From NCBI GenBank assembly GCA_016180925.1, contig JACPAH010000002.1, positions 1 to 59,818 of the forward strand: a DNA stretch of 59,818 bases, in the 5' to 3' direction. Within the stretch, counting starts at the first letter, position 1. Each line of letters begins with the position of its first letter. Position numbers and translations under genes: made by a program. This document shows positions 18,001-25,024 of this stretch, piece by piece. The stretch is from Candidatus Aenigmatarchaeota archaeon (GTDB taxonomy: Archaea > Aenigmatarchaeota > Aenigmatarchaeia > GW2011-AR5). Under the pieces are notes generated by a model. That model saw only the letters and a program-made list of their open reading frames with translations. It was not told the origin of the DNA and made no database searches.

Positions 18001-18016
18001 AAAAAAGTATATATAC
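18001..18016 (+). promoter_or_regulatory. A-rich BRE-like tract plus TATA box (AAAAAAGTATATATAC)
   Basis: 24-31 nt upstream of the ATG at 18039. Confidence 0.45.
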
Positions 18017-18038
18017 TAGGACAAAACATGAAATAATA

Positions 18039-18458
18039 ATGGATGGTTCTCTGAAGAGTTCTCATGCTAGGAAAAATTTCTTACTTATTGGGTTGCTCTT
18101 TGCATTCGTCTTCGCGATGGCGGCGCCTTCGCAGGCAGCTTTGATGAATATCACGGTGGTGCAGGAAATAAGAAACCTCAGTTATTATACCATAAGCGAC
18201 CCGGTAAACGCTTCCAATATCACATTTGTCCAGCCTGAACTCAAGATAAATGTCACGGGCAACATAACCACCGTCTATAATTTCACGCTCACCGTTGATG
18301 GTGTCGAGGGACAATCATACAACATCACGAACAACACTGCTGTATATGTTAATATTTCAACCAGGCTTGCCAACGGGACGCACACCGTCTGTCATAAACG
18401 TGAGCGCCGGCACCGGAGCAACCACGAACGCCACCAATACAACGGACACCACGCCTGA
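18039..18458 (+). CDS. N-terminal fragment (signal peptide plus first repeat) of the large surface glycoprotein, in a different frame from the main body
   Basis: signal peptide LLIGLLFAFVFAMAAPSQA; NxS/T-rich repeat like the downstream repeats up to ..ANGTHTV, then nonsense (CHKRERRHR..). Confidence 0.6.
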   Translation: MDGSLKSSHARKNFLLIGLLFAFVFAMAAPSQAALMNITVVQEIRNLSYYTISDPVNASNITFVQPELKINVTGNITTVYNFTLTVDGVEGQSYNITNNTAVYVNISTRLANGTHTVCHKRERRHRSNHERHQYNGHHA

Positions 18459-21219
18459 AATACTGTTCAACCTGACTGACAATGCTGAAACGGACCAGAT
18501 AAACGTCAGCGTATACGTGGGATTCACAGGAGGAACCCTAAGCTATGACGGCAGCAAATTAATCACTAACAATACTATCGGCAGGTTCAATCTCTCGGCA
18601 AGGGCAAATGGCACTTTCCTAGTGAGATTTGAGGCAAATGATTCAGCGCGCAACCTTGCAAACGCCTCCCTGCTTACTATAACTGTCGACGACACAGCGC
18701 CGGTTTTTCAGGCGTTCACAGGCTCCGGCGGCACAGGAGCCACCCTCAATGCCACCAACACGACGGATACGACGCCTGAAGTACTTTTCAACCTCACCGA
18801 CAACGCCGAGACTGACCAGATAAATGTCAGTGTCTATATTGGCGGCACTTATGACAACTCATTTCTCTTCACTAATAACACGATAGGAAGATACAACCTG
18901 TCGGCAAGGGCAAACGGCACTTTCAGCGTTCGATTCGAGGCAAATGATTCCGCAGGAAACCTCGCCAATGCCTCCCTGTTCACAATATATGTTGACGACA
19001 CGAAGCCTTCATTCCAGTCGTTTAACTCGACTACTGGAACTACCAACAATGCCACAAACTTCACTGACACGACACCTGAAATAATAGTTAATTTCACTGA
19101 CGCCGGCGGCAGCTTCACCTTGATAAATGTTAGCCTCTATATCGGCAGCACGTTTGACCATACAGAGCTTCTCGCAAACAACACCCTTGCGAGAATAAAC
19201 GTGACTTCAGCAAGGGCTAACGGGACATTTATCTTAAGGCTGGAATCCAATGATTCTGCGGGCAATTTAGCAAACGCTTCACTGCTCACGATAACAGTTG
19301 ACGACACCAAGCCTGTATTCCAGCCGTTCAATCCTGGCAACAGCACCTCTACGAATGCCACAAATACCACGGATACAACCCCCGAGATAGCAGTCAACCT
19401 GACAGATAACGGCTTCACCACGATAAACGTCAGCGTTTATATTGACAGCACGTTCATGCAGACGTTCCTGTTCACGAATAACACGATAAACAGGGTCAAC
19501 CTTACAGCTAGGGCAAACGGCACGTTCTGGATAAGGTTTGAAGCCAATGACTCTTCAGCGAATCTTGCCAATGCAAGCCTCCTGACAATAACTGTCGACG
19601 ACACGAAGCCCGCATTCAATACATTCGACGCGTCAAATGGCGCCACTGACAATGCCACAAATACCACGGACACGACGCCGGAAATTCTGGTCAACCTGAC
19701 AGACAACGGATTTACCTCGATAAACATCAGCGCTTACATAGACGGCACATTTACCCAGACTTACCTGATAACGAACAACACTATCACGCGCATAAATCTC
19801 TCAATGGCTGGAAACAACACACCTGCAAACGGCACCCATATCGTGCGCTTCGAGGCAAATGACTCCTCCGGGAACCTGGCAAACGCGTCGCTGTTCACGA
19901 TAACCACCGATGCCGAGGCGCCTTACATAACGATATCCTCGCCTGTGAACAACACCAACACGACGGACCTCACCCCGGCATTCCAGTTCACGCTCATTGA
20001 CAATTCGTCTGCGTTCCTCAACGTGCTGAACTGGACGATATGGGTGGACGGCGCAGTCAACGGCCAGACGGGTCTTGCGGCCAACAACACACTGGTTAAC
20101 GTTTCGCTCAATGTGCTTTCAAATGTCACGCATAATATTACTATACAGGTCGGCGACTTCCTCAACAACACGAGAAACCTCACAAGATGGCATGTTTCAA
20201 CAGATGCCGTTGCACCTGTCCTCACGATATCACATTCGCCTACAACTATCTATCAGGGCAATGTGGTCACGGTCTCATGCACCATAGCCGAGAACCTGCT
20301 TACAGTTGCATCCAAGTTGACTGTAACGAAGCCGAACAGCCAGGTCACGACTCTCTCTGGCTGCGGTGCTGAATTCGGCGACACGACTGCCGTCGGCACA
20401 TATACAATCACGCTCACAGCAAATGACACAGCGGGCAATGGCGCCACGTCAACCAAGACATTTGCCGTAAGCGACTCCGGCGGCTCTTCCTCCAGCAGCA
20501 GCGGGGGCGGCGGAAGCAGCAGCGCAGCGGCGTCCACGCCAAGCACGACAGCCTCGAAGACCCTGATAGTCGATTCATTCGTTCCTGACAAGCCGAACGT
20601 GGTCAAGCTTACGAGCGAGAACATAGGCTTCAAGGAAATAAGCGTTGACATCACAAACAAGGTCAATGCCGTCGAGATAAAGGTGGTGAAGACGGACTCA
20701 GCGCCTGCTGAAGTGACAAAGGCTGTTGAAGGCAAAGTCTACCAGTACATAGAAATAAAGCACGACAAGCTGAAGGATGATAATATAAAGAGTGCAAAAG
20801 TCAAGTTCACTGTTACAAACAAATGGGCAACTGACAACGGCGTTGCAAAGGAAAATGTAGTCCTGAAGAGGTTCAAGGAAGGCTCGTGGACGGACATGAA
20901 AACAACGCTTTCAAGCGAAAGCTCAACAGAGACAACTTACGAGGCCGAGCTTCCAGGTCTTTCGGTGTTCGCAATAGGCGAAGCCGTGCCGACTGCCGCA
21001 GCCCAGCAGCCTGCCGAACAGCCTTCACAACAAACTGGACAGCAGCCTGCGCAACAACCTGCAACGCCTTCAGCTCCGGAGCAGCCTTCGGCGCAACAAC
21101 CAACTGCGGCATATTCAAATGAAACGATGTACTACGTTGCCGGCGGCGTCATACTGGTCCTTATAATCGCTTACTTCTGGGTGAAAGCCAGGAAGATAGG
21201 CAAGACTAAGAAGAAATAA
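18295..21219 (+). CDS. large sequon-rich surface glycoprotein (S-layer-like): about 6-7 tandem repeats of about 100 aa, Ser/Gly linker, PGF-pre-PGF-like domain, Q/P-rich stalk, C-terminal TM anchor
   Basis: repeats TNATNTTDTTPE...ARANGTF.VRFEANDS.GNLANASL.TITVDDTKP; ..YEAELPGLSVFAIG; final hydrophobic helix plus KARKIGKTKKK. The true 5' end is probably supplied by 18039..about 18390. Confidence 0.8.
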   Translation: MMVSRDNHTTSRTTLLYMLIFQPGLPTGRTPSVINVSAGTGATTNATNTTDTTPEILFNLTDNAETDQINVSVYVGFTGGTLSYDGSKLITNNTIGRFNLSARANGTFLVRFEANDSARNLANASLLTITVDDTAPVFQAFTGSGGTGATLNATNTTDTTPEVLFNLTDNAETDQINVSVYIGGTYDNSFLFTNNTIGRYNLSARANGTFSVRFEANDSAGNLANASLFTIYVDDTKPSFQSFNSTTGTTNNATNFTDTTPEIIVNFTDAGGSFTLINVSLYIGSTFDHTELLANNTLARINVTSARANGTFILRLESNDSAGNLANASLLTITVDDTKPVFQPFNPGNSTSTNATNTTDTTPEIAVNLTDNGFTTINVSVYIDSTFMQTFLFTNNTINRVNLTARANGTFWIRFEANDSSANLANASLLTITVDDTKPAFNTFDASNGATDNATNTTDTTPEILVNLTDNGFTSINISAYIDGTFTQTYLITNNTITRINLSMAGNNTPANGTHIVRFEANDSSGNLANASLFTITTDAEAPYITISSPVNNTNTTDLTPAFQFTLIDNSSAFLNVLNWTIWVDGAVNGQTGLAANNTLVNVSLNVLSNVTHNITIQVGDFLNNTRNLTRWHVSTDAVAPVLTISHSPTTIYQGNVVTVSCTIAENLLTVASKLTVTKPNSQVTTLSGCGAEFGDTTAVGTYTITLTANDTAGNGATSTKTFAVSDSGGSSSSSSGGGGSSSAAASTPSTTASKTLIVDSFVPDKPNVVKLTSENIGFKEISVDITNKVNAVEIKVVKTDSAPAEVTKAVEGKVYQYIEIKHDKLKDDNIKSAKVKFTVTNKWATDNGVAKENVVLKRFKEGSWTDMKTTLSSESSTETTYEAELPGLSVFAIGEAVPTAAAQQPAEQPSQQTGQQPAQQPATPSAPEQPSAQQPTAAYSNETMYYVAGGVILVLIIAYFWVKARKIGKTKKK

Positions 21220-21281
21220 GGCGGATTTTTTCCATTTTAAATCCCTGAACTTAAGTATTACTTCTGTCAATATTTGAGAAA

Positions 21282-21369
21282 GGGCTGGTAGATCAACTGG
21301 AAGATCGCTTGCATGGCATATCTTGCGAGCCAAGGCAAGAGGCTACGGGTTCGAGTCCCGTCCAGTCCA
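21282..21369 (+). tRNA. tRNA-Ala(GGC) with an intron of about 15 nt (21319-21333) in the anticodon loop
   Basis: manual cloverleaf: acceptor GGGCTGG/CCAGTCC with G3:U70, D arm GATC-AACTGGAA-GATC, anticodon stem CTTGC/GCAAG enclosing 22 nt, variable AGGCT, T arm ACGGG-TTCGAGT-CCCGT, discriminator A; CCA not encoded. Confidence 0.8.
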
Positions 21370-21370
21370 T

Positions 21371-21420
21371 AAGCCCCTTTTCTTTTCAAAAAAGAAAAGG
21401 CCCTTGGGTTCAAAAGAAAA
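21371..21420 (+). repeat. trailer module AAGCCCC-[11-bp hairpin]-GGCCCTTGGGTTCAA.., homologous to the 5' part of the tRNA-Cys intron (58491-58540)
   Basis: by-eye alignment; hairpin arms CCTTTTCTTTT/AAAAGAAAAGG here versus CCTTCTTTCTT/AAGAAAGAAGG there, changed on both arms. Confidence 0.6.
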
Positions 21421-21453
21421 TAATATATTTTAAGAGAAGAGGAGGTTGATAAG

Positions 21454-21563
21454 TCTGCAACGGAATAAGATTCCGTTGAGATGCTAATGGCATTGAAGAA
21501 TGCCATTCAGCAGATGAGAACTCTGCAAAGAATTCTCTCAGAATTCTTTGAGATCTCAGAGAG
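21454..21563. repeat. array of three family hairpins (CAACGGAAT-aag-ATTCCGTTG; AATGGCATT-gaag-AATGCCATT; CAAAGAATTCT-ctc-AGAATTCTTTG) with TCTGCA / AGATGC / CAGCAGAT / AGATCTC linkers
   Basis: inverted repeats read directly. Confidence 0.6.
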
Positions 21564-21576
21564 CCGTGGGTTCTGT

Positions 21577-22137
21577 TCAAATCCCCCCGTGTCCACTTTT
21601 CATCTTCTTGATTATCATATCGACGATTTGCTCCGGCTCCTTGTCCGACGTGTCCACCACGATATCGGCCTCGTTCTCCTGCGAGAAAGTGTCGAAGCCG
21701 TATATATGGAGGAAGCTCTGCCTCTCTATCCTGTCCCTCTCCTTCACGGCTCTCAGTGCGTCCTTTTCAGGCATGCCGTCCCTGCCGGAGATGCGCCTGG
21801 CCCTGACCTCGTCCGGCGCCTTGAGCCATACAGATACGCTGTACAAGCCCGAAAGAAGGCGTATGGAAAGCTTGCCGTCTATGACTATATTCCCGGCTCT
21901 TGCAAGCTCTTTCTGAAGGTCGTCGATGTTGACGTGAAAATCCCTCCTGGAGCCCTTCTTTGTAAGGAGGAACTCAGTTGCCCGCCTTGTTTCACCCTCA
22001 TTTACGCCGCTCTCAATGGCTTTTTGCTTGAAGAAATCCCCGGCCGAGAAATGCTTCAGCCCCAGACGCTTTGCCAGAAGCTTGGCGACGGTCGACGAGC
22101 CCGCTCCCGGCATTCCGGAAACGACTATGACTGTCAT
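21577..22137 (-). CDS. cmk: archaeal-type cytidylate (CMP) kinase
   Basis: P-loop SGMPGAGSSTVAKLLAKRLGLKHFSAGDFF and overall layout of archaeal Cmk; adenylate-kinase-like alternatives not excluded. Confidence 0.75.
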   Translation of the reverse strand: MTVIVVSGMPGAGSSTVAKLLAKRLGLKHFSAGDFFKQKAIESGVNEGETRRATEFLLTKKGSRRDFHVNIDDLQKELARAGNIVIDGKLSIRLLSGLYSVSVWLKAPDEVRARRISGRDGMPEKDALRAVKERDRIERQSFLHIYGFDTFSQENEADIVVDTSDKEPEQIVDMIIKKMKSGHGGI

Positions 22138-22187
22138 AGAAGTGTATTGCTAGTCAAATAGATAAATATGACGTATTTGGCAGCAAT

Positions 22188-22245
22188 GTACAAAAGACAA
22201 AGCCTTTTGACATGCCAAAGAACTTTCAGTTCTTTGCGCATATGC
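22188..22245. repeat. double hairpin unit (CAAAAG-acaaagc-CTTTTG, ACATGC, CAAAGAAC-tttca-GTTCTTTG, CGCAT)
   Basis: inverted repeats read directly. Confidence 0.55.
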
Positions 22246-22337
22246 TAACCAACGTATTAATGTCTTGAATATTAAGTTGGTTAACTATTTTGCAGGAACA
22301 ATGTTAAATACCCTTCGCCACCTATTCTGTTATGGCA

Positions 22338-22446
22338 ATCTGCAAATGTGCGAAAACCGAAGGATTTCGACATCCCAAAGGAATTCTATTCCTTTGCGGA
22401 AAGCTTCGCTCTTTGAGATCTCAAAGGAGGGACCTCCTTTGAAGAT
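22338..22446. repeat. array of four family hairpins (ATCTGCA.., CGAAAACC-gaa-GGATTTCG, ACATCC, CAAAGGAAT-tct-ATTCCTTTG, .., GAGATCT, CAAAGGAG-ggac-CTCCTTTG, AAGAT)
   Basis: read directly; 22369-22400 is nearly identical to 24983-25014. Confidence 0.6.
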
Positions 22447-22480
22447 ACGGAAACGCCGAAAAAAGAAGAATTATCCCCGG

Positions 22481-23311
22481 GTGCTTCTAGTCGCGAAGCA
22501 GAACAAGGCTGGCTTAAGGCACATAAAGAAGCTGGAGAAGATGCTGCGCAAATACACCGACGAAATACACTTCGACCACTCGACCGCGATAAGGCTCAGG
22601 AAACGCGGTTATTCCATAAGAAAATTCACCGGCGATTTCATAATAACTGTCGGCGGCGACGGCACCTTCCTGTGGACGGCCCACAAGGCCAACGTTCCCA
22701 TACTTCCGGTGAGGATAGAGGGACAGGGTTTTTTGTGCACAATAGACTTCAGGCATCTCGAGAAGCACATAAAAGACCTGGTGCGCAAGAACTACAAGAT
22801 AATGGAGAGGATGAGGCTCGTATGCACGAGGGCCAAGACCCGCCGCATAGAGAAATACATGGAGAAGATACTGAGCAACGAGTACCCCCTTGCGCTGAAT
22901 GAGATAGCTTTCGGCAGGAAAAGGCCGTCCAAGGTCCTTTACGTATCCTTCGTCATAGACGGCGTCAGGTTTGAATCCGTCGGCGACGGTGTGATGTTTT
23001 CCACCCCCTCCGGAAGCACCGCATACAACTCGTCAGCCGGCGGCTCCATAATAGACCCGAAGCTCAATGCGATAAGCATAACCCCATTATACCCATTCTA
23101 CTCCAAGGTCAAGCCGATGGTGATATCTGGCGACAAGAAGATACTCGTGGAAGTGAGCGGCGGCGAATGTGCGGTCGTCATCGACGGGCATGGCGGCGAA
23201 TACGTCAAATCCGGAACAAAGTTCGTCATAGAAAAGGCGAGGCCGGCCAAGGTGATAACATTCAGCGAGCAAAACGTCTTCGAGAAGCTGAAGAGCAACC
23301 TCATCGACTGA
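22481..23311 (+). CDS. nadK: NAD kinase
   Basis: GGDGTFL motif, ..NEIAF.., STPSGSTAYN..AGGSI; the ORF starts at 22265 but its first 72 codons are the hairpin array, so the start is set to the GTG at 22481 (alternative ATG at 22541). Confidence 0.8.
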   Translation: MLLVAKQNKAGLRHIKKLEKMLRKYTDEIHFDHSTAIRLRKRGYSIRKFTGDFIITVGGDGTFLWTAHKANVPILPVRIEGQGFLCTIDFRHLEKHIKDLVRKNYKIMERMRLVCTRAKTRRIEKYMEKILSNEYPLALNEIAFGRKRPSKVLYVSFVIDGVRFESVGDGVMFSTPSGSTAYNSSAGGSIIDPKLNAISITPLYPFYSKVKPMVISGDKKILVEVSGGECAVVIDGHGGEYVKSGTKFVIEKARPAKVITFSEQNVFEKLKSNLID

Positions 23312-23416
23312 TTCTTTATATTGTCTGCAATGGCATTATGAATAAATGGCGCTGAGATGATAAAGATGGCGGCAAATGCTATCTTTAATCATTTTGCCGA
23401 ATCTAATAGAAACATG

Positions 23417-23553
23417 GGCAGGTAGCTTAGCCTGGTAGAGCACCTGACTGATATCGCAGAAAGCGCAGCTTTCTGGGAGCTTGGAAAGAAGGAAACACTG
23501 AAGTTCTTTCCCAATCATCAGGAGGTCGAGAGTTCAAATCTCTTCCTGCCCAT
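23417..23553 (+). tRNA. tRNA-Ile(GAU) with a 63-nt anticodon-loop intron (23455-23517)
   Basis: manual cloverleaf: acceptor GGGCAGG/CCTGCCC, D arm GCTT-AGCCTGGTA-GAGC, anticodon stem CCTGA/TCAGG, loop CTGATA+A, variable AGGTC, T arm GAGAG-TTCAAAT-CTCTT, discriminator A. Confidence 0.85.
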
Positions 23554-24226
23554 TGCACATGCATTTACCGTCTTTTCTTGTCTTTACAGTTTCAAATTTG
23601 TTGCCGAAGAAATCAAAACTCGCCAGCCCTTCCAGAGGCTTCTCCCCAACCAGATATTTTATGGCTTCTATCGCCGACAACGTTCCGACGAAGGCGGCAA
23701 CAGGCGACAGGATGCCGTCTTTTTCGCATGAGTCGTTTGCAGCCTTTCCTGAAAAGACGCATCGCAGGCACGGCCTTCCCGGCAGCCAGAACATGAATGA
23801 GGATTCGGCGCGTATGGCCGCGGCGTACGTGAACGGCTTTTTCTTTTTTATACAATAATCATTGACAACAAAACGCGCCTCGAAATTGTCCGTCCCGTCC
23901 AGGATTATACCGGCTTTCTGCAGGAATTTGTCTATATTATATGAAGAAAGCATTTCAGCGTGCGTTTCCACATTCACGAAAGGGGAAAGCCTTTCCTTCA
24001 TGACAACCACCTTCAGACGGCCTATATCATCAATCCCGTATGCCTGCCTGCCAAGATTGCATCTTTCGACGACGTCATTGTCCACTAGTATGAGCTTTAT
24101 GCCTGCGCGCGCAAGATATTCGGCAGCCGCATGACCGGTGCCGCCGAGGCCGACTACGGCAATGGTGCTTTTTTCCAGGATTTCCTGTTTTTCCTTTCCT
24201 ATGAAGGCCTGCTGGCGGGAGCGCAT
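23534..24226 (-). CDS. ThiF/MoeB/HesA-family E1-like adenylyltransferase
   Basis: VVGLGGTGHAAAEYLARAGI..LVDND.V...NL.RQ Rossmann motif and CLRC; its 3' end overlaps the tRNA-Ile 3' end on the opposite strand by about 20 nt. Confidence 0.8.
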   Translation of the reverse strand: MRSRQQAFIGKEKQEILEKSTIAVVGLGGTGHAAAEYLARAGIKLILVDNDVVERCNLGRQAYGIDDIGRLKVVVMKERLSPFVNVETHAEMLSSYNIDKFLQKAGIILDGTDNFEARFVVNDYCIKKKKPFTYAAAIRAESSFMFWLPGRPCLRCVFSGKAANDSCEKDGILSPVAAFVGTLSAIEAIKYLVGEKPLEGLASFDFFGNKFETVKTRKDGKCMCNGQEEI

Positions 24227-24333
24227 GTTTTACATCAGTATGGTTTTCTTTTAAATATGCGGACCGGCTGCAGCGGCACTGTTGGGCAAAACTATAAATA
24301 CTATAATGATTATAGATATTATAGGTGTTATAG

Positions 24334-24510
24334 ATGGCAACGACGATAGCGGTAAGCGATGAAACAAAAGAAATGCTTAAAACCCTCGGGACAAAGGACG
24401 AGACATACGACGATATAATCAGGAACATGATGATAGCATATGAAGAATTCCTGAACAGACAGTACAAAAGGCTTGAAGAAAGAAATAAATTCAAAAAGAT
24501 GGTTTTCTAG
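24334..24510 (+). CDS. putative antitoxin (58 aa; below the ORF-track size cut-off)
   Basis: hand translation MATTIAVSDETKEMLKTLGTKDETYDDIIRNMMIAYEEFLNRQYKRLEERNKFKKMVF; the stop abuts the toxin ATG; paralogue of 8791..9009. Confidence 0.55.
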   Translation: MATTIAVSDETKEMLKTLGTKDETYDDIIRNMMIAYEEFLNRQYKRLEERNKFKKMVF

Positions 24511-24774
24511 ATGGATGTATTTCTGCACAATCAGGCAGAAAAATTTCTGAACACTCTTGATAGAAAAATACAACCATCGATAAAAGAGCATCTGAAAACC
24601 CTCTCAAAAGAGCCGTATTCAAAGCTGCTTGACATAAAAAAACTGAAAGGCATGGGCAGAAAACCTGACATTTTTCGGCTTCGTGTCGGGGAATACAGGA
24701 TAATATACTTTATTCAAGGAAATGAAATACTTGTTACCGACATAATCAGAAGAGAAGCCGGATATAATCTGTGA
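24511..24774 (+). CDS. RelE/ParE-family type II toxin (second copy)
   Basis: ..A.KFL..LD......I...L..L...P.....KKL.G....FRLRVGEYRIIY.I pattern, paralogous to 8543..8794. Confidence 0.8.
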   Translation: MDVFLHNQAEKFLNTLDRKIQPSIKEHLKTLSKEPYSKLLDIKKLKGMGRKPDIFRLRVGEYRIIYFIQGNEILVTDIIRREAGYNL

Positions 24775-25024
24775 AAACCGGACTTCGACTTCAAATTCAG
24801 ATTTAAATAGCTTATCACCGAATTAAAGTAAGCTCTCACGTACTCGGAAAGGCATAGTTTTGTCTTTCGCCGCGTTCTACGTACAGGCAATTGACGCCTC
24901 CGGCGCCGGTCTGGTTGGGCGAGGGCCAGTCCTCAGAGAGAACTGGTTCGCTGACAAAGGAATTTCATATTTACTCAAATAACATCCCAAAGGAATAGAA
25001 TTCCTTTGCGGAGAGGAATGGAGA
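24775..25024 (+). promoter_or_regulatory. non-coding leader of about 250 nt upstream of rpl3, with a GC-rich structured core and a terminal family hairpin (24983-25014)
   Basis: no credible ORF; CGCCGCGT..ACGCCTCCGGCG, palindrome CCGGCGCCGG, CCAGT..ACTGG, then ACATCC-CAAAGGAAT-aga-ATTCCTTTG-CGGAGAGG just before the ATG. Confidence 0.4.

Noticed and set aside
21308-21339. Alternative anticodons for the tRNA at 21282 (UGC from the internal CTTGCGA, or CCA/GCA with other intron placements)
   Set aside because: These readings need two excisions or break U33/purine-37 conventions. G3:U70 and A73 fit alanine, and the single-intron solution gives GGC. UGC cannot be fully excluded without RNA data.
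21555-21590. T-loop-like GGGTTCTGTTCAAATCC considered as a split-tRNA 3' half
   Set aside because: No complementary T stem or acceptor strand could be drawn, and the segment is the 3' end (..SGHGGI stop) of cmk on the opposite strand.
21481-22161. 226-aa + strand ORF, and the 299-aa + strand ORF at 45903..46802
   Set aside because: They are antisense to cmk and to the GT2 glycosyltransferase respectively. The first also begins inside a hairpin array.
21454-22446. Hairpin arrays considered as a CRISPR array
   Set aside because: There is no constant-length direct repeat alternating with unique spacers. Units are inverted repeats of variable sequence with short conserved linkers, and no cas genes are present.
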